This document shows, in pieces, positions 31,856 through 43,948 of a DNA stretch of 64,000 bases. Positions within the stretch are counted from its first letter, which is position 1, and the number at the start of each line of letters is the position of its first letter. Where the stretch lies: positions 275,636 to 339,635 of the IMG/VR virus record IMGVR_UViG_3300043436_004687, one strand, 5' to 3'. The position numbers and the translations under genes were made by a program. The notes under the pieces were generated by a model. The model searched no databases, had not been told where the DNA came from, and saw nothing but the letters and a program-made list of their open reading frames with translations.

Positions 31856-32352
31856 TAATCATATTATCTTTTATTGTATGTTTATATGGTATATTCTATA
31901 TCATTTCACTTTGTAATTCAAAGTACTTTATAGTTCAAATTTCTTTGTAGAATTTAGTGGAGTTCTTATATACGTTACTTTTGCGTATATTTTGTATTAT
32001 GTTGCTTCTATATTCTATTAGTCTTATGCTTATATTTTATGGTATCTTATCCATAATTTACCACATATTACCACTTGATTTTAAAGCGTGAACATGAAAT
32101 ATTTATTAGAATGTATAAAAATATGGGTTAATTATGGGGTTTTACATCAATTTTTGTATAAAATTGATTATACCAAGAATGGGTATTGCATGAATAAATG
32201 TTGTATAGGATATTATACAATTTCTATAATTACATTCTTCACTATCCTTTCCATCGAATATCCAGTTTACCATTTCTTTTAGAAAGAAGATTGATATAAG
32301 GGGTATATAGAAATACCATTTGCTATCTAGGAATGCTTTTTTCATATATGAT

Positions 32353-33034
32353 TTATTTTAGGTTTTGTTTTATGTATTGGTTGAATTCTATTTCATCTAG
32401 GTTACTGGATTTTCTACCTATATGAGAATTAAAATCTAGGAGTAGGTTTATTGCTTCTTTTCTATTCCAATTATCTTTTGGGTTTGGAATAGGGAATGAT
32501 GTAGTTTTTATATTGATAGTATTATCTTTTGGATTTACTTTCAATTGGGTTGGTTCATCTTCATAGACTTTGAAAAGAACATCTGTTTTTATTTCATATT
32601 CTACATATACCTTTGTGATTATGTTCAAAGTAATGTTCAAGGAATTCTTTTGATGGTTTTGGTAAAGATTTGTAACCGCTTGTATCACATGATTTGCATT
32701 GATTGAATCCATCTTTATCGTGTGAGCCTTGTCCATTGCAAGAAATACAAATTGATTTTAGGGATTCATCATTTGATGCTATAATCTTTTTATTTAATCT
32801 ATCTTTTATTGGTATATGATTACCGCTTGCAAGATATTTCATATTTTCTATAAAGCAATCACCTCTTTGTATTTCATCATTTGTTATGATGGATATGCTT
32901 TGTAGTATGAGAGAAGCGTTCCAATCTTCTTTGGTTGCATTTAAATCCTTTACAAACTTTAATTGGTTTTTATTTGAGTCCAATATAATTTGCTCTTTTA
33001 TTTCGTGAGCATGATTCCAGTCTTTTAATATCAT
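32353..33034 (-). pseudogene. frameshifted paralog family 3 gene (ORFs 32594..33082 and 32353..32736)
   Basis: N-half ends LPKPSKEFLEHY; C-half NIITKVYVEYE...LKVNPKDNTINIK continues in another frame at the TTGAACAT direct repeat near 32620-32640. Confidence 0.6.
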
Positions 33035-34394
33035 AGTTTTAAATTTTTTGACAATAAACGCATTTTGCGGTTTCTCTACCATACATAGTTTTCATTGAGC
33101 AAGTTCCATAATGAGTTCTTAAATCTGAAAACTTAATTTCTGTGTAACCTAATGTAACTAAATGGTTTTCTAAATCCACTTCATTATTAGCTACCAACCT
33201 TAAATCTTCACCAAAATCATTTTCTAAATGTAATACTAATAAATTCATAATTTAATCAATTTAAGTTTTCCTATAATTCCAGTTGCAATAAATGTAGATG
33301 TCTCACCTTTTAAAATTATTGAGCCAACACCATTTGTAAATTTATCGACCAATTCAATATCTTCAATTATTCCTTTATAACCTTTGTAAGCATCTGCACC
33401 ATCACGTCTTGGGCAAGTTAATATTTCAACCTCATCACCCTTTTTAAAATTCGATAAGTGTAATTTTGATAAAAAATTAAACATAATAGTTTTTTTTATT
33501 GATTAATAACATTACAAAGATATAAAATAATATTTACATACGCAAATAAAAAACATATTTTTTTAAAATGTTTCAAGCCAACGATAAGAAGCTTGTTTAA
33601 GAATGTTTATTTGTACCATCAATAGATTAGAAGATACATCCATTTGAGTTAATTTTGCAGTTTCTCTACATAATTTGCGAACCATTGAATTATCTGGGAA
33701 AATACCAGTTTTTTCAGCTTCTTTAATTTCTCGAACACTTAACTTGATTTCATCATCAGATAAATCAGCATATAATTTACTTATTTCATTCATTATCTTA
33801 TTTTTTTGTTGAATTGTACTTCCATTTAATTTTATTAATAAATGATTCATTTTCACATAATTCATCAAGATTTGAAAAAAGTTTATTTTGATTTGAATTA
33901 ATGTAAAAACTTATACCCGAAACCCCTTTATTTTTCGTATAATGTCTTCCATCGCTAAAATAAACAACTTCGCCTAAAATTTTATATTCAAATGTTATAT
34001 CGGGGAAATTTCTGTTTTCTTCTCCTTTTATATCTACTCTAATAAGTCTAGGGTTAGAATATTCAGTAGCAACTATTCCCATTTTATTGAGACATTCATT
34101 TAACTTTATTAAATCATCTGAAATCAATTTTTTTAAGTTATCATTAACAAACCTATTATTTATTTCAATCTCTTTAATTGCTTTATCAATATCAAATGCT
34201 TCTATATCGAACGCTTCTTTAGATAACAATTTAAATGGTTTTTGTTCTGCATTGTTTAAATTGATAAACTCATTTTCAAGATTAGCTAAAATTTGAATTT
34301 GTGTTGGTGTTAAATTTATGTTTATCATAATCTTATTTTTATTGATTAATAATTTTCTTCTACAAAGATATAAAATAATATATTATAAACCTAA

Positions 34395-34817
34395 TTATTT
34401 TTGATTTAATTTTTCAATTAATTTCTCAATTGAAATTGGTTCTTTATAATACCTTAAATTTTTCATTGATTTAAGACGCTCTGTTACCCTTTCCCTAACA
34501 ATTTGAATATCTTGTTGGGTTGGTGTATAATCATTCATTAAATGACTTGGAATGTCGTTGAAAGCATCTGAATAGTCAGTTGGATTGAAACCTCGTTTGA
34601 TACATTCTTGTGTTAATGCTTCGTAGTGTTTTTTTAAAAAACCGCATTTATTCATCAAAGAAAGTTCATGCCCCTTATTGAGTGTGAATTTATCAATTGG
34701 TTTACTTTTGTATTTCCCCGATTTTATTTTGTTTGGGATTCTTAATACCTCAATTCTTTCTCTGTTAAGATGTTTATCACATAATTCATGTGAAAACCCT
34801 ACTGAAACTCTAGTCAT
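34395..34817 (-). CDS. denV: pyrimidine-dimer DNA glycosylase / endonuclease V
   Basis: MTRV...LCDKHL..E..E..RI, FTLNKGH and ECIKRGFN match T4 DenV (T2, R3, E23, R26). Confidence 0.85.
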   Translation of the reverse strand: MTRVSVGFSHELCDKHLNRERIEVLRIPNKIKSGKYKSKPIDKFTLNKGHELSLMNKCGFLKKHYEALTQECIKRGFNPTDYSDAFNDIPSHLMNDYTPTQQDIQIVRERVTERLKSMKNLRYYKEPISIEKLIEKLNQK

Positions 34818-35450
34818 ATCTTAAAGTGATATGAATTTAACCGCATCGGGTTGTAAAGAAAATTCTTTTAAAATATAAGTTTCTATCTCAAGTTTTGTGA
34901 AATTTGGAACATCATCACCCTTATAAAGATAAGTATTTATAACGTTATTTGGTTCATTGTTTTCTATTCTATATACAAATAAACTTCTAGTGTTTTCTTC
35001 ACCCAATATTGGTTTTAAAACGTAATATAATTTTAACATATCTTTATGTTTTAATGATTAATAATTTTCTTCTACAAAGATATAAAATAATATTTTAATA
35101 TGCAAATAAAAAAGACATTTTTTTTAATATTTTATTTAGGAGTCATTTCAACCTTATTTCTATCCCCCAAATTAAATTTGGTGACTGGAAAGAGCGTCTT
35201 TTAAATAAAATATTAGTCTAATAATTTTTTCACTAATTCATAAGATAATGAAAAACTTTTAGGTGTTACATCAAATCGTCCATTTAATTTTAAAATATGA
35301 ATAGTATCATAAGTCATATCACATACTGCAATTTCTTCAGTATGTTTACCCTCTTTGAAATCCACTTGTAATTGCCTTACTTCATATTCATTCAAAATAT
35401 ATTCACCAACTTTAAATTTAGGAACTGGAATTCTCGTGATATTCATATCT

Positions 35451-35708
35451 TTATATTTTTTTAAATGTTTCACATTCTTTTGCTATAACAAATGCTTTAA
35501 AATCGGAACCCCATCCACTTTTAGGTTGGGTTTTCAAAGCATTTATAAATTCTGTATTATGAAATCCCAAAGGGATACAATTACCTTTATATACTGCATT
35601 TAAGTTATCACTATATTTACCCTCTGAATTACCACAATCACATTTTTTTATGATGTTGGGTGATAATGAGAAAACAGATAAACAATCATTACAAAATAAT
35701 AGTTTCAT
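35451..35708 (-). CDS. zinc-ribbon phage protein
   Basis: CNDC...CDCG. Confidence 0.6.
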   Translation of the reverse strand: MKLLFCNDCLSVFSLSPNIIKKCDCGNSEGKYSDNLNAVYKGNCIPLGFHNTEFINALKTQPKSGWGSDFKAFVIAKECETFKKI

Positions 35709-36914
35709 TAGAAATCGTAAGTTACTACTTGAACATCACTTAATGTTATTTCAAGATTATTAACAAAGTAAATTTTTTTACCGCTTGATTTAAAAAACGC
35801 TTCTTTAAACTCATTTAAAGCTATTAATTTAATCTCCAAAGTTTCATTATCAGTTTGATGTCTAAACCATTCCATAAAAGGAGTTGCATACATTTTTATC
35901 ATATTAATATGTTTTAAACGTTATACAATAATCAATAGCTTCTTGTTCATCGTCAGTAAACAATATTTCTTCATACCACAATTCACCATTAGCCGAATGA
36001 GTGTTATTTTCGGTATTCATAGTCCAAAATCTTTGTTCGGTTTCTATGTTCTCTAATACTACAAATTTTTTCATTATAAAGAAATAGTTTAGTTAAATAT
36101 TTAATATCATCAATTTTTCTTTTATTGTCATTTTCATCAACAATATTATCAAGTTGGTAATGTTTTGCACTTCTTATTGCATCAGCAGTTAATAAGATAA
36201 ATGCTTGTATGAAACCATTACAATTAACTTCTAATGTATAAGTATGTCCATTAGAAGCTACAAATGTTCCAATATATTTAGTTAATTTCATAATACCATT
36301 GTTTTAATTATTATGATACAAATGTATAAAAAAAATAATTAATAAAAAAGTTGTTTATTAATTATTTTTTTCGTATGGATCTAAAATGTTGTTAATTTAT
36401 TCTTTTAATGATGCAACTATTTTTTGGTGAACAATATGAGGATGCTCTGTTGTGATTTCATATCTAGTATTAAGAGTCTTAATAAAATCTTCAATAATAC
36501 CCCAATTTTCTTCTTTTGCATTAACTGAAACCCCACCAATAGTTATATTGGCATAATCATCACTATCATTAGTATTGACGAATTTAATTAATTTACAAGC
36601 ATCTTCGTAGCTTAACAACCTTAAATATTTTTTCATAATTTATATTTTAATTATTAACCACCAATGCCAAATGGACTTCTTTGAGTACCAACCCTTCCAT
36701 CGTTTCTTAATGTTTCCATTGATATTGACAATTCTTTTGCAAATCCCTCAATATCTTTGTGTAAAGTTCCTTTGGTGACAGATAAAGCATCTGTTAACAT
36801 TTTGTTTTCAAATTCTTCATCAGTTCTAGGAATAGATTTATATCTACGTTCCAATTTTTCCATAATAATTTAATGTTTATGATTAATAACACTACAAAGA
36901 TATAAAATAAAATG

Positions 36915-37655
36915 TTATAAAACAAATATTTCTTGAATAATTTTATTTAATTTTTCAACTTCATTTGGAATTGGTTGATTATCATTCATATAAAGTTTAC
37001 GATTTATTTCAATCATAACACTATTAACATTTTTATTTATGTTAAAATGCTCTAATGGGACAATAGTTCCTTCATAAGGGTCATTTATCTTTACTGAATA
37101 ACCTTTCAAAGTAAAAATGCACACCAACCTATCTAATAACCAATTTGGGGTATGGAATTTATCAAAACCTATACAAATATCAGGTCTGCTATTATCTTGC
37201 TTTAAATCACTTAAAAATGGTTTATCAGAAAAACTATGGCAATCAATAATAGTACAAAATCCCTCTTCTTTAAGTTTATGATTTACCATATCATTAAATA
37301 ATTTATGATGTGGTTTATAATAATTTTGATAAATATGATTTTTAAATTCCTTATCTGTACTTCTTAAAGTTAAACCACTATCAGTTTTGGTATAGAAAAA
37401 CCCTCGCCCAAATTGGAACATTGGTTCAATATCATCAGAAAGTCTTTCAACATCACAAAATATTCTACTAAATGGTGTTATTATCTTTGAAGTGTTTGGA
37501 ACATTGAAAATTTTATCCGTATCATGGTCAGTAAGCAATTGTAATTCCTTATGAACAAGCGACCAATCATAACCATCAGTTAATGGTATATGTGTTGATG
37601 AATGTGGAATATGGAATATAAGACTATTTAAAATATTTTCTTGGAACATAATCAT
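36915..37655 (-). CDS. N-formylglutamate amidohydrolase family protein
   Basis: HIPHSS, TD, SR..CDVER, YY.P.H, IDCHSF, RPDICIG, N.PY.G, MIEINRKLY. Confidence 0.9.
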   Translation of the reverse strand: MIMFQENILNSLIFHIPHSSTHIPLTDGYDWSLVHKELQLLTDHDTDKIFNVPNTSKIITPFSRIFCDVERLSDDIEPMFQFGRGFFYTKTDSGLTLRSTDKEFKNHIYQNYYKPHHKLFNDMVNHKLKEEGFCTIIDCHSFSDKPFLSDLKQDNSRPDICIGFDKFHTPNWLLDRLVCIFTLKGYSVKINDPYEGTIVPLEHFNINKNVNSVMIEINRKLYMNDNQPIPNEVEKLNKIIQEIFVL

Positions 37656-39214
37656 ACTAAATCTAAATTATAATATTGTAAATTTTTAATTATATAACCA
37701 TTGTCAAATTGCACTTCATATACATAATTTGACCTTGAGTTATGAATCTGTTTTATAGTTTTACCCTTTATTTGTGTAATGATAATGCCAACAGATTTTC
37801 TCTTGGAATTGAGACCCTTAAATGATTGTGTATAATCATTTTTTAATGTGTAAGGTAAATAACGACTTATATCTACATTCACCTTTGTTTTTTTACCTAA
37901 AATGTTTTCCCATTCAGTCATAATTAACTAAAATAAATTATTATGTTAACTAAAATAAAGAAAATTAAAGCTAACCAATAACCATAAGGACTACCTAAAA
38001 AAATACCATTATTTTTCATAATTATTGTATATATTTGTAACCAGTTTTTTGAAAAAGTTCTTCAATGAGGTTATTGATAATATTTGGGTCAGAACTACCA
38101 TGTTCAATAGCTTCCACAATATAATAAAACTCCGATTCTAATACTTCAATAAAAGTCATCTTATTAATTTATTTGAAAAGAAAATTCTGAAAGTGTTACA
38201 GAAATTCCTTTGGTTAAAGCTAAATTGTTTGGATTTAACGCTATTATTGGCTCATCAATATCACCATTTTCAATCCAATCTTGAATCACTTCATTTAAGG
38301 TCATACCATCATCCATAAATTCTTTTGTGATATTGATATTTCTATTTTCAGAATCAACAAAAGAAATTATTTCCCAGTTATTCAAAACTCTTTTAGGTAG
38401 TCTATTTTCTAGCAAATCATTAATATCAATTGCTTTAAATAATTCGCCCACAATTAATCCCGAATGACAAACAGAAAAAGGTTTTAATTTATTTTTCATT
38501 TTCTTTAAAATTAGATACTAAATTTTCCACTATTTTTCTATCGACTACTAAATAATCTTTCTCAAATTGTTTTACTTCTTTCCAAGTTTTCAACCAACTA
38601 AATTTTGCTGAAAGAGATTGTAATTTGTTTTGTTGAGAATATGAATTAATCATTCTTTCAACTTCTTCCCTAGTCTCAACTTTATGTCTATTTCTAATTG
38701 GGAAATAATAAGAAAATATACCAGTAGCACCATAAGAAGTCTTTCTCCAAAGAGTTAAATGATACCCCAATAATGTTTTATTTATAAAGGTTTCGTTTTT
38801 TCTAAAGGTAAAATAATACTTCGCATCTTTAAAAATAAGAATATAAACTATTGCTAAGGTATTTAAAATAATTAAGTAATTCATAGTATTTGTTTTAGTA
38901 ATTAATAATTTCTTTGACAAAGATATAAATTAATATCTTATAAACCAAATTTATTTTAAACTATTTTTATCTTTCTACCAGTTAATTTTTCATCAAACCA
39001 AAGCTTGTCAACTGAAAATGGTGTTTTAAATCGATTACCAATTAATAAAACATCATTGTTTTCATCAAAACCAACAACAAAGTATTTATTTGTTACGCTA
39101 CAATAAAAATTTGGTTCTGTGGTTATATAATCACTTTCTTTAATATTATAATCAATTGAAACACTAATATTTTTACCAAAATAATTACTTTCAATGTCAA
39201 TTTTATAATTACCT

Positions 39215-39577
39215 CTAACCAATGTTTTTAAATTTTACTAATAAAAAAAGAATTGTTACAGCCACAAAAAGAAATATAATAATATTCCTCGCATCTTCTT
39301 TACTTTTTTTATCTTGTATTTGATATAACATATTATCCATTTCAACTTCTTTTTTAGTTTTAATATATTTTTGATTTTTTTCTTCTAAAGTTAATGGTTT
39401 AATTATAATTTCTTCTAATCTTTTAGAAGCAATAACAAATAATAAACCTAAAATAGGACTAAACAAGAACGATAACAAAAAAGAAGTTGAAAAACCAATC
39501 TCTCGCTTCCCACCTTCTTTAGCAACTAAAAAAGATAAAAATAAATTAAACACTAACACTAATAAAATAATTCCCAT
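39215..39577 (-). CDS. membrane protein
   Basis: Three hydrophobic segments; KREIGF...SPILGL. Confidence 0.65.
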   Translation of the reverse strand: MGIILLVLVFNLFLSFLVAKEGGKREIGFSTSFLLSFLFSPILGLLFVIASKRLEEIIIKPLTLEEKNQKYIKTKKEVEMDNMLYQIQDKKSKEDARNIIIFLFVAVTILFLLVKFKNIG

Positions 39578-39650
39578 AATTTTTGTTTTTTAAATTAATA
39601 ACACTGCAAAGATAAAACAAAAAAATAACATAAACAAATTATTTTATTTA

Positions 39651-40965
39651 ACTTTTAAAATATTACCTTATATTTATAAGTATATATACATAAATAATTA
39701 ATGATATTAGCTGAATCACATATAATAAATAAATCAAATAAACTATATTCTAGTTGTGATTCGCTATGTTTTAAATCAAAAAACCTATATAATTATGGAA
39801 TGTATTTAGTTAATAGTGAATACAAATCAAGTGGTAAATATCTATCATATAATGAGTTGGATAAACTATTAAGAGATTCTAAACAATTTGATTATTTGCA
39901 ATTAAAACAGAAGGTAGCTCAACAAACCTTAATGTTATTAGATAAAAATTATAAATCCTATTTTAAAGCATTAAAAAGTTATAATACTAACCCATCTAAA
40001 TTCACTGGTAAACCACAATTACCTAAGTATTTAAATAAATTAAAAGGTAGGTTTGTAACTACATTTACAAACCAAACAATATCTTTAAAAGAATTAAAAA
40101 AAGGGTATATTTTATTAAGTGGAACTGATATTAAAATAAAAAGCGATAAACAACCTAAACAAGTTAGAGTATTACAATTAAATACTGGTAGTTATAAAAT
40201 TGAAATATTGTATGAAAAACTAGAATATCCATTAACTATAAATGATAACTATTGTGGTATTGATTTGGGTTTAGATAATTTAGCTACATGTGTAACTAAT
40301 ACCAAGTTAGACCCATTTATAATAAATGGTAAACCACTTAAATCAATAAACCAATATTATAATAAACAATTAGCAAAATATAAGTCTGAATTACCTAAAT
40401 ATAAATTAAATAGTGTAATAAAACAAAAAAATATAAGTAAAAAAATAAGTAAATTAACACATAAACGGAATTGTAAAATAATGGATTATCTTCATAAAGG
40501 TAGTCGATTAATTACAAATAAATTGAAACAAAACGATATTAGTAAAGTTGTAATTGGTCAAAATAAAGACTGGAAACAAAATATTAATATTGGCAATAAA
40601 AATAATCAAAATTTTGTTTCAATCCCACATAGCAAATTCATTGAATTAATAACCTATAAATGTAAATTAGAGGGTATTGATGTAATAGTTAGAGAAGAAA
40701 GTTATACTAGTAAGTGTAGTTTTTTAGATGGTGAAATTGTGAAAAAACATGATAAATATAAGGGTAGTAGAGTGAAGAGAGGTTTATTTAAAACTAGTAC
40801 TGGTTTTAAATGGAATGCTGATTGCAATGGTGCTTGTAATATATTAATAAAGGAAGTTCCAAATGCGTATGCTAATGGAATAGAGGGTGTTGTAGTTCAC
40901 CCATTAAAATATAATTGTTAATTCACTTATATTTATAAAACTAAATGTTTATAAATTTAGTAACT
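39651..40965 (+). mobile_element. solo TnpB element (IS200/IS605 family, no TnpA); ends approximate
   Basis: tnpB lies against the gene flow; 3' hairpin GGGTG-N8-CACCC at ~40885-40902 and ACTAAAT..ATTTAGT at ~40940-40961. Confidence 0.65.
39701..40921 (+). CDS. tnpB: RNA-guided endonuclease TnpB
   Basis: RuvC-I GIDLGLDNLA, VVIGQNKDWKQ, EESYTSKCS, RuvC-III NADCNGACNI; 406 aa. Confidence 0.92.
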   Translation: MILAESHIINKSNKLYSSCDSLCFKSKNLYNYGMYLVNSEYKSSGKYLSYNELDKLLRDSKQFDYLQLKQKVAQQTLMLLDKNYKSYFKALKSYNTNPSKFTGKPQLPKYLNKLKGRFVTTFTNQTISLKELKKGYILLSGTDIKIKSDKQPKQVRVLQLNTGSYKIEILYEKLEYPLTINDNYCGIDLGLDNLATCVTNTKLDPFIINGKPLKSINQYYNKQLAKYKSELPKYKLNSVIKQKNISKKISKLTHKRNCKIMDYLHKGSRLITNKLKQNDISKVVIGQNKDWKQNINIGNKNNQNFVSIPHSKFIELITYKCKLEGIDVIVREESYTSKCSFLDGEIVKKHDKYKGSRVKRGLFKTSTGFKWNADCNGACNILIKEVPNAYANGIEGVVVHPLKYNC

Positions 40966-42351
40966 ATGTGGTGGAATGATGTTGTTTTGCATATCATCAA
41001 CATATCTTTTTTTAGTGATAGGAGTTTTTACCCTATCAATGAATTGACCATAAACAATATTACGATTAAGTCCAGTAAAATCATCACTAATGACCTTAAC
41101 CCTATTGTTATATCTATCTATGTAAATTTTACCTAACTCCATAATTAATAGTTTTTATTGTTCTAACATATTTGCTAGGAACAAGATTTTATTTGGATAA
41201 TCTTTATATTTTCTCATCAACTCGCAAAATTCATTTATTGTTACATAAATATTTTGTTCTTTAATGTCAGTATTATTTGGAATATAAATTTTTTCTTCCA
41301 TGATTTCTATGTGTTTTAATTTGTTGATACAAAGATATAAATTAATATTTTAATATCCTAATTAAATTTCATAAATTTTACTACCAAATTCAATTTTATT
41401 CTTATCTTCAGTTTCTTGAATGAATGGTATTACAAATGTTTCAATATAATAATCCAAAGTCCAATCATTAGAAACTGCTTTTTTAAGTAATTTAATCTCA
41501 TCATTAATTTGAAACCATTTAAGATGTTTAGTTCTTTTATCTCTAAACAAATCACTTTTAAATAACTCAACTTTATCTTCAAATTTGGCTAATCTAATTG
41601 AAACTACATCACGATTACTTCTAATATATTTGATTGCTTCAAGTATTTCACTTTCACTATTTTTATTTGGATAAACAATAAAATAGCCACCTTGATTACC
41701 TAGTGAATAATCATATCTAATTCCGTTTGGTGTAGTTTCCATTTTAAATTAATTTTTTTAATTCAATCATTGAGATATTAAACATAGTAGAAATATCTTC
41801 AAGAGTGTAAAGATTTAAACTTTTATATTCAACAGAAAATTCTCCCTTAACAAAGATTTCATAATAATCAAATGATTTTTTCCTATTCTTAAATTTAATT
41901 TTTATAAGTTTCATAATATAAATTTTTAAATTAAACCTTTGTTCCATTTACCTCTAAACAATCTACCATTTTCTTTATCACCATCATTATAAGCATAAAA
42001 TAAATCACCATAAAAAGACTTTGATAGTAATTCAAGATTATCATATATTGATAAATCAACTTCATTTTTTGGTTGATACCATTCGATATTGTTTTTTAAC
42101 CAATATTCAACGATAATTTTATCTTCACTATTTTCTTTTTTTTGAAGACAATTTTCGCATAAAACTCTATTATGTATTTTATAGTAAGGTAAAAAAACTA
42201 TATTTTTACAATTAGAATTAATACAATCAGTTGGTGTCATTTTATCGTTCATAATGTTTGTTTTAATTTTCTTTAGCAAAGATATAAAATAATATTTTAA
42301 TATCCAAATAAAAAAGTCATTATTTTCATAATGACTTTAAATTTTAACTAT

Positions 42352-42954
42352 TTAATTGCAATTCCCATGCTTCCTATAAATCACATCTGCTTCACCATAT
42401 TTGGATCTAAAACTTCCATCTTCATCATATTTTGGGTCAAATTTATCCCTCTTGTATTCCTCAAAACCCATAGATTGATATATTTGAGTTAAAAATCCAT
42501 CAAAATGGTCAAGATAACAACCACCATTATCAATACTTGATTTAACTAATTCTCTACCAATATTTTTAACTGGTTCATTATTAAATACTGCAACAATTTC
42601 AGAATAACTTCCATTGAATAATTTCAAAGCAAATCCAATATTGTAACCATTTAATTTAAACAATTTCATCTTATTAAAATCCTCTACCGAATAATCAGTT
42701 AGCATTGATTTGTGATTACTTAAATTAATTGCATCGTAAAATCTTTGAGGGTTTTGTTTTTCATAATCATTATTCCTAATTTTAGAAATTACATCATTTC
42801 TTAAATTTTCATCCTCATTATCATTTACTTCTTTTAAAGAATAGTTAAATAATTTAACTACATCTTTATGTTTTCTTACTCTATTTTTAAACAATTTTTT
42901 TTCATATATTTTGTTTAAATTTTCTTTTATTAATTTATTCATTATTTCTCCCAT
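42352..42954 (-). CDS. GNAT-like domain protein
   Basis: EIVAVFNN...IGRELVKSSIDNGG..LDHFDGFLTQIYQSMGF resembles GNAT motifs A and B. Confidence 0.5.
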   Translation of the reverse strand: MGEIMNKLIKENLNKIYEKKLFKNRVRKHKDVVKLFNYSLKEVNDNEDENLRNDVISKIRNNDYEKQNPQRFYDAINLSNHKSMLTDYSVEDFNKMKLFKLNGYNIGFALKLFNGSYSEIVAVFNNEPVKNIGRELVKSSIDNGGCYLDHFDGFLTQIYQSMGFEEYKRDKFDPKYDEDGSFRSKYGEADVIYRKHGNCN

Positions 42955-43775
42955 TGTGATTTTTTATGAACATAAGAATTAACCCTATCAATTATTTCAT
43001 TCTCAATTTGATTATAAGGTTTCATAGGTTGACCACTAGATTTTAACTTAATAACATTAGCTTGAGAAATATATTGACCACCTAAATCAGACTTTTGGAT
43101 ATTGGTATCTGTAACTGGATTATTAAATGCAAACCAAATATCACCATCCATAAAATTAGATAAATCGGGTAATTGAATTAATTCATTTATAGTCCTTGAA
43201 ACTCCTTTATGAATATCTTTAAATACAATTGTAGGTACAACCCTATCTCTTTTTTTATTATTTTTTAAAGCAGTTTGATATTCGGTAACAACCCAAACTA
43301 AATGAACATTTTTCATTTCATAACCCATTTCTCTAATCATAGTTGTTAGATTATTAAATGTAGTCAAAGAAGAAAGTGTTGTATCAAATATAATATTTGG
43401 TTTAAGACTTATATTTTTTATTGTGTTACTTAAAATATCAATTCTTTTAGCATTAACACCCTTTGCTGACAAGATTTGATGTAATTTGTTTACATCATTG
43501 GGATTTTTAAAATCAAATTCATTAACATTTAAACCATAATCGTTTTGTAATGCGGTTTTTAATTTTAATGATTTAAGATATAACTCTTTTAGTTGGTCTG
43601 TATCAATAACTTTACCCTCCAAACCTAAAAGATTATCTTTAACAAAACCTTTCCCACTAGCTGAACCACCCGCAAAAATAACAACATTTCCATTATTAGG
43701 GTATGCTTTACCACCTAATGTGATAAGAACTTCATTTACCTTTTCTCTTATTTTTTCTTTTATAATTTCCTTCAC
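42942..43775 (-). CDS. zeta-toxin-like P-loop kinase
   Basis: AGGSASGKG P-loop, DTDQLK, IIFDTT, NKKRDRVVP. Confidence 0.7.
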   Translation of the reverse strand: MKEIIKEKIREKVNEVLITLGGKAYPNNGNVVIFAGGSASGKGFVKDNLLGLEGKVIDTDQLKELYLKSLKLKTALQNDYGLNVNEFDFKNPNDVNKLHQILSAKGVNAKRIDILSNTIKNISLKPNIIFDTTLSSLTTFNNLTTMIREMGYEMKNVHLVWVVTEYQTALKNNKKRDRVVPTIVFKDIHKGVSRTINELIQLPDLSNFMDGDIWFAFNNPVTDTNIQKSDLGGQYISQANVIKLKSSGQPMKPYNQIENEIIDRVNSYVHKKSQWEK

Positions 43776-43948
43776 TTGATATGCTTTAATAATAAATAGT
43801 TACGTTGTTGAAATTGTAATATAAGTCATTGGAAACTTTATTCCAATAAGAAACACCCTTGTTACCAAATTTAGTAATAACATTCCCATTTGGCTTTAAT
43901 TTTCCACCCATATCTAACAATTCTTTTAATGAATGAGTTCCAATCATA

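Noticed and set aside
35130-35200. Possible eighth GACTCC unit (minus strand ...GAAATGACTCCTAAAT)
   Set aside because: Lacks the GTR prefix, closing stem, ACCTTATA tail and a dedicated promoter
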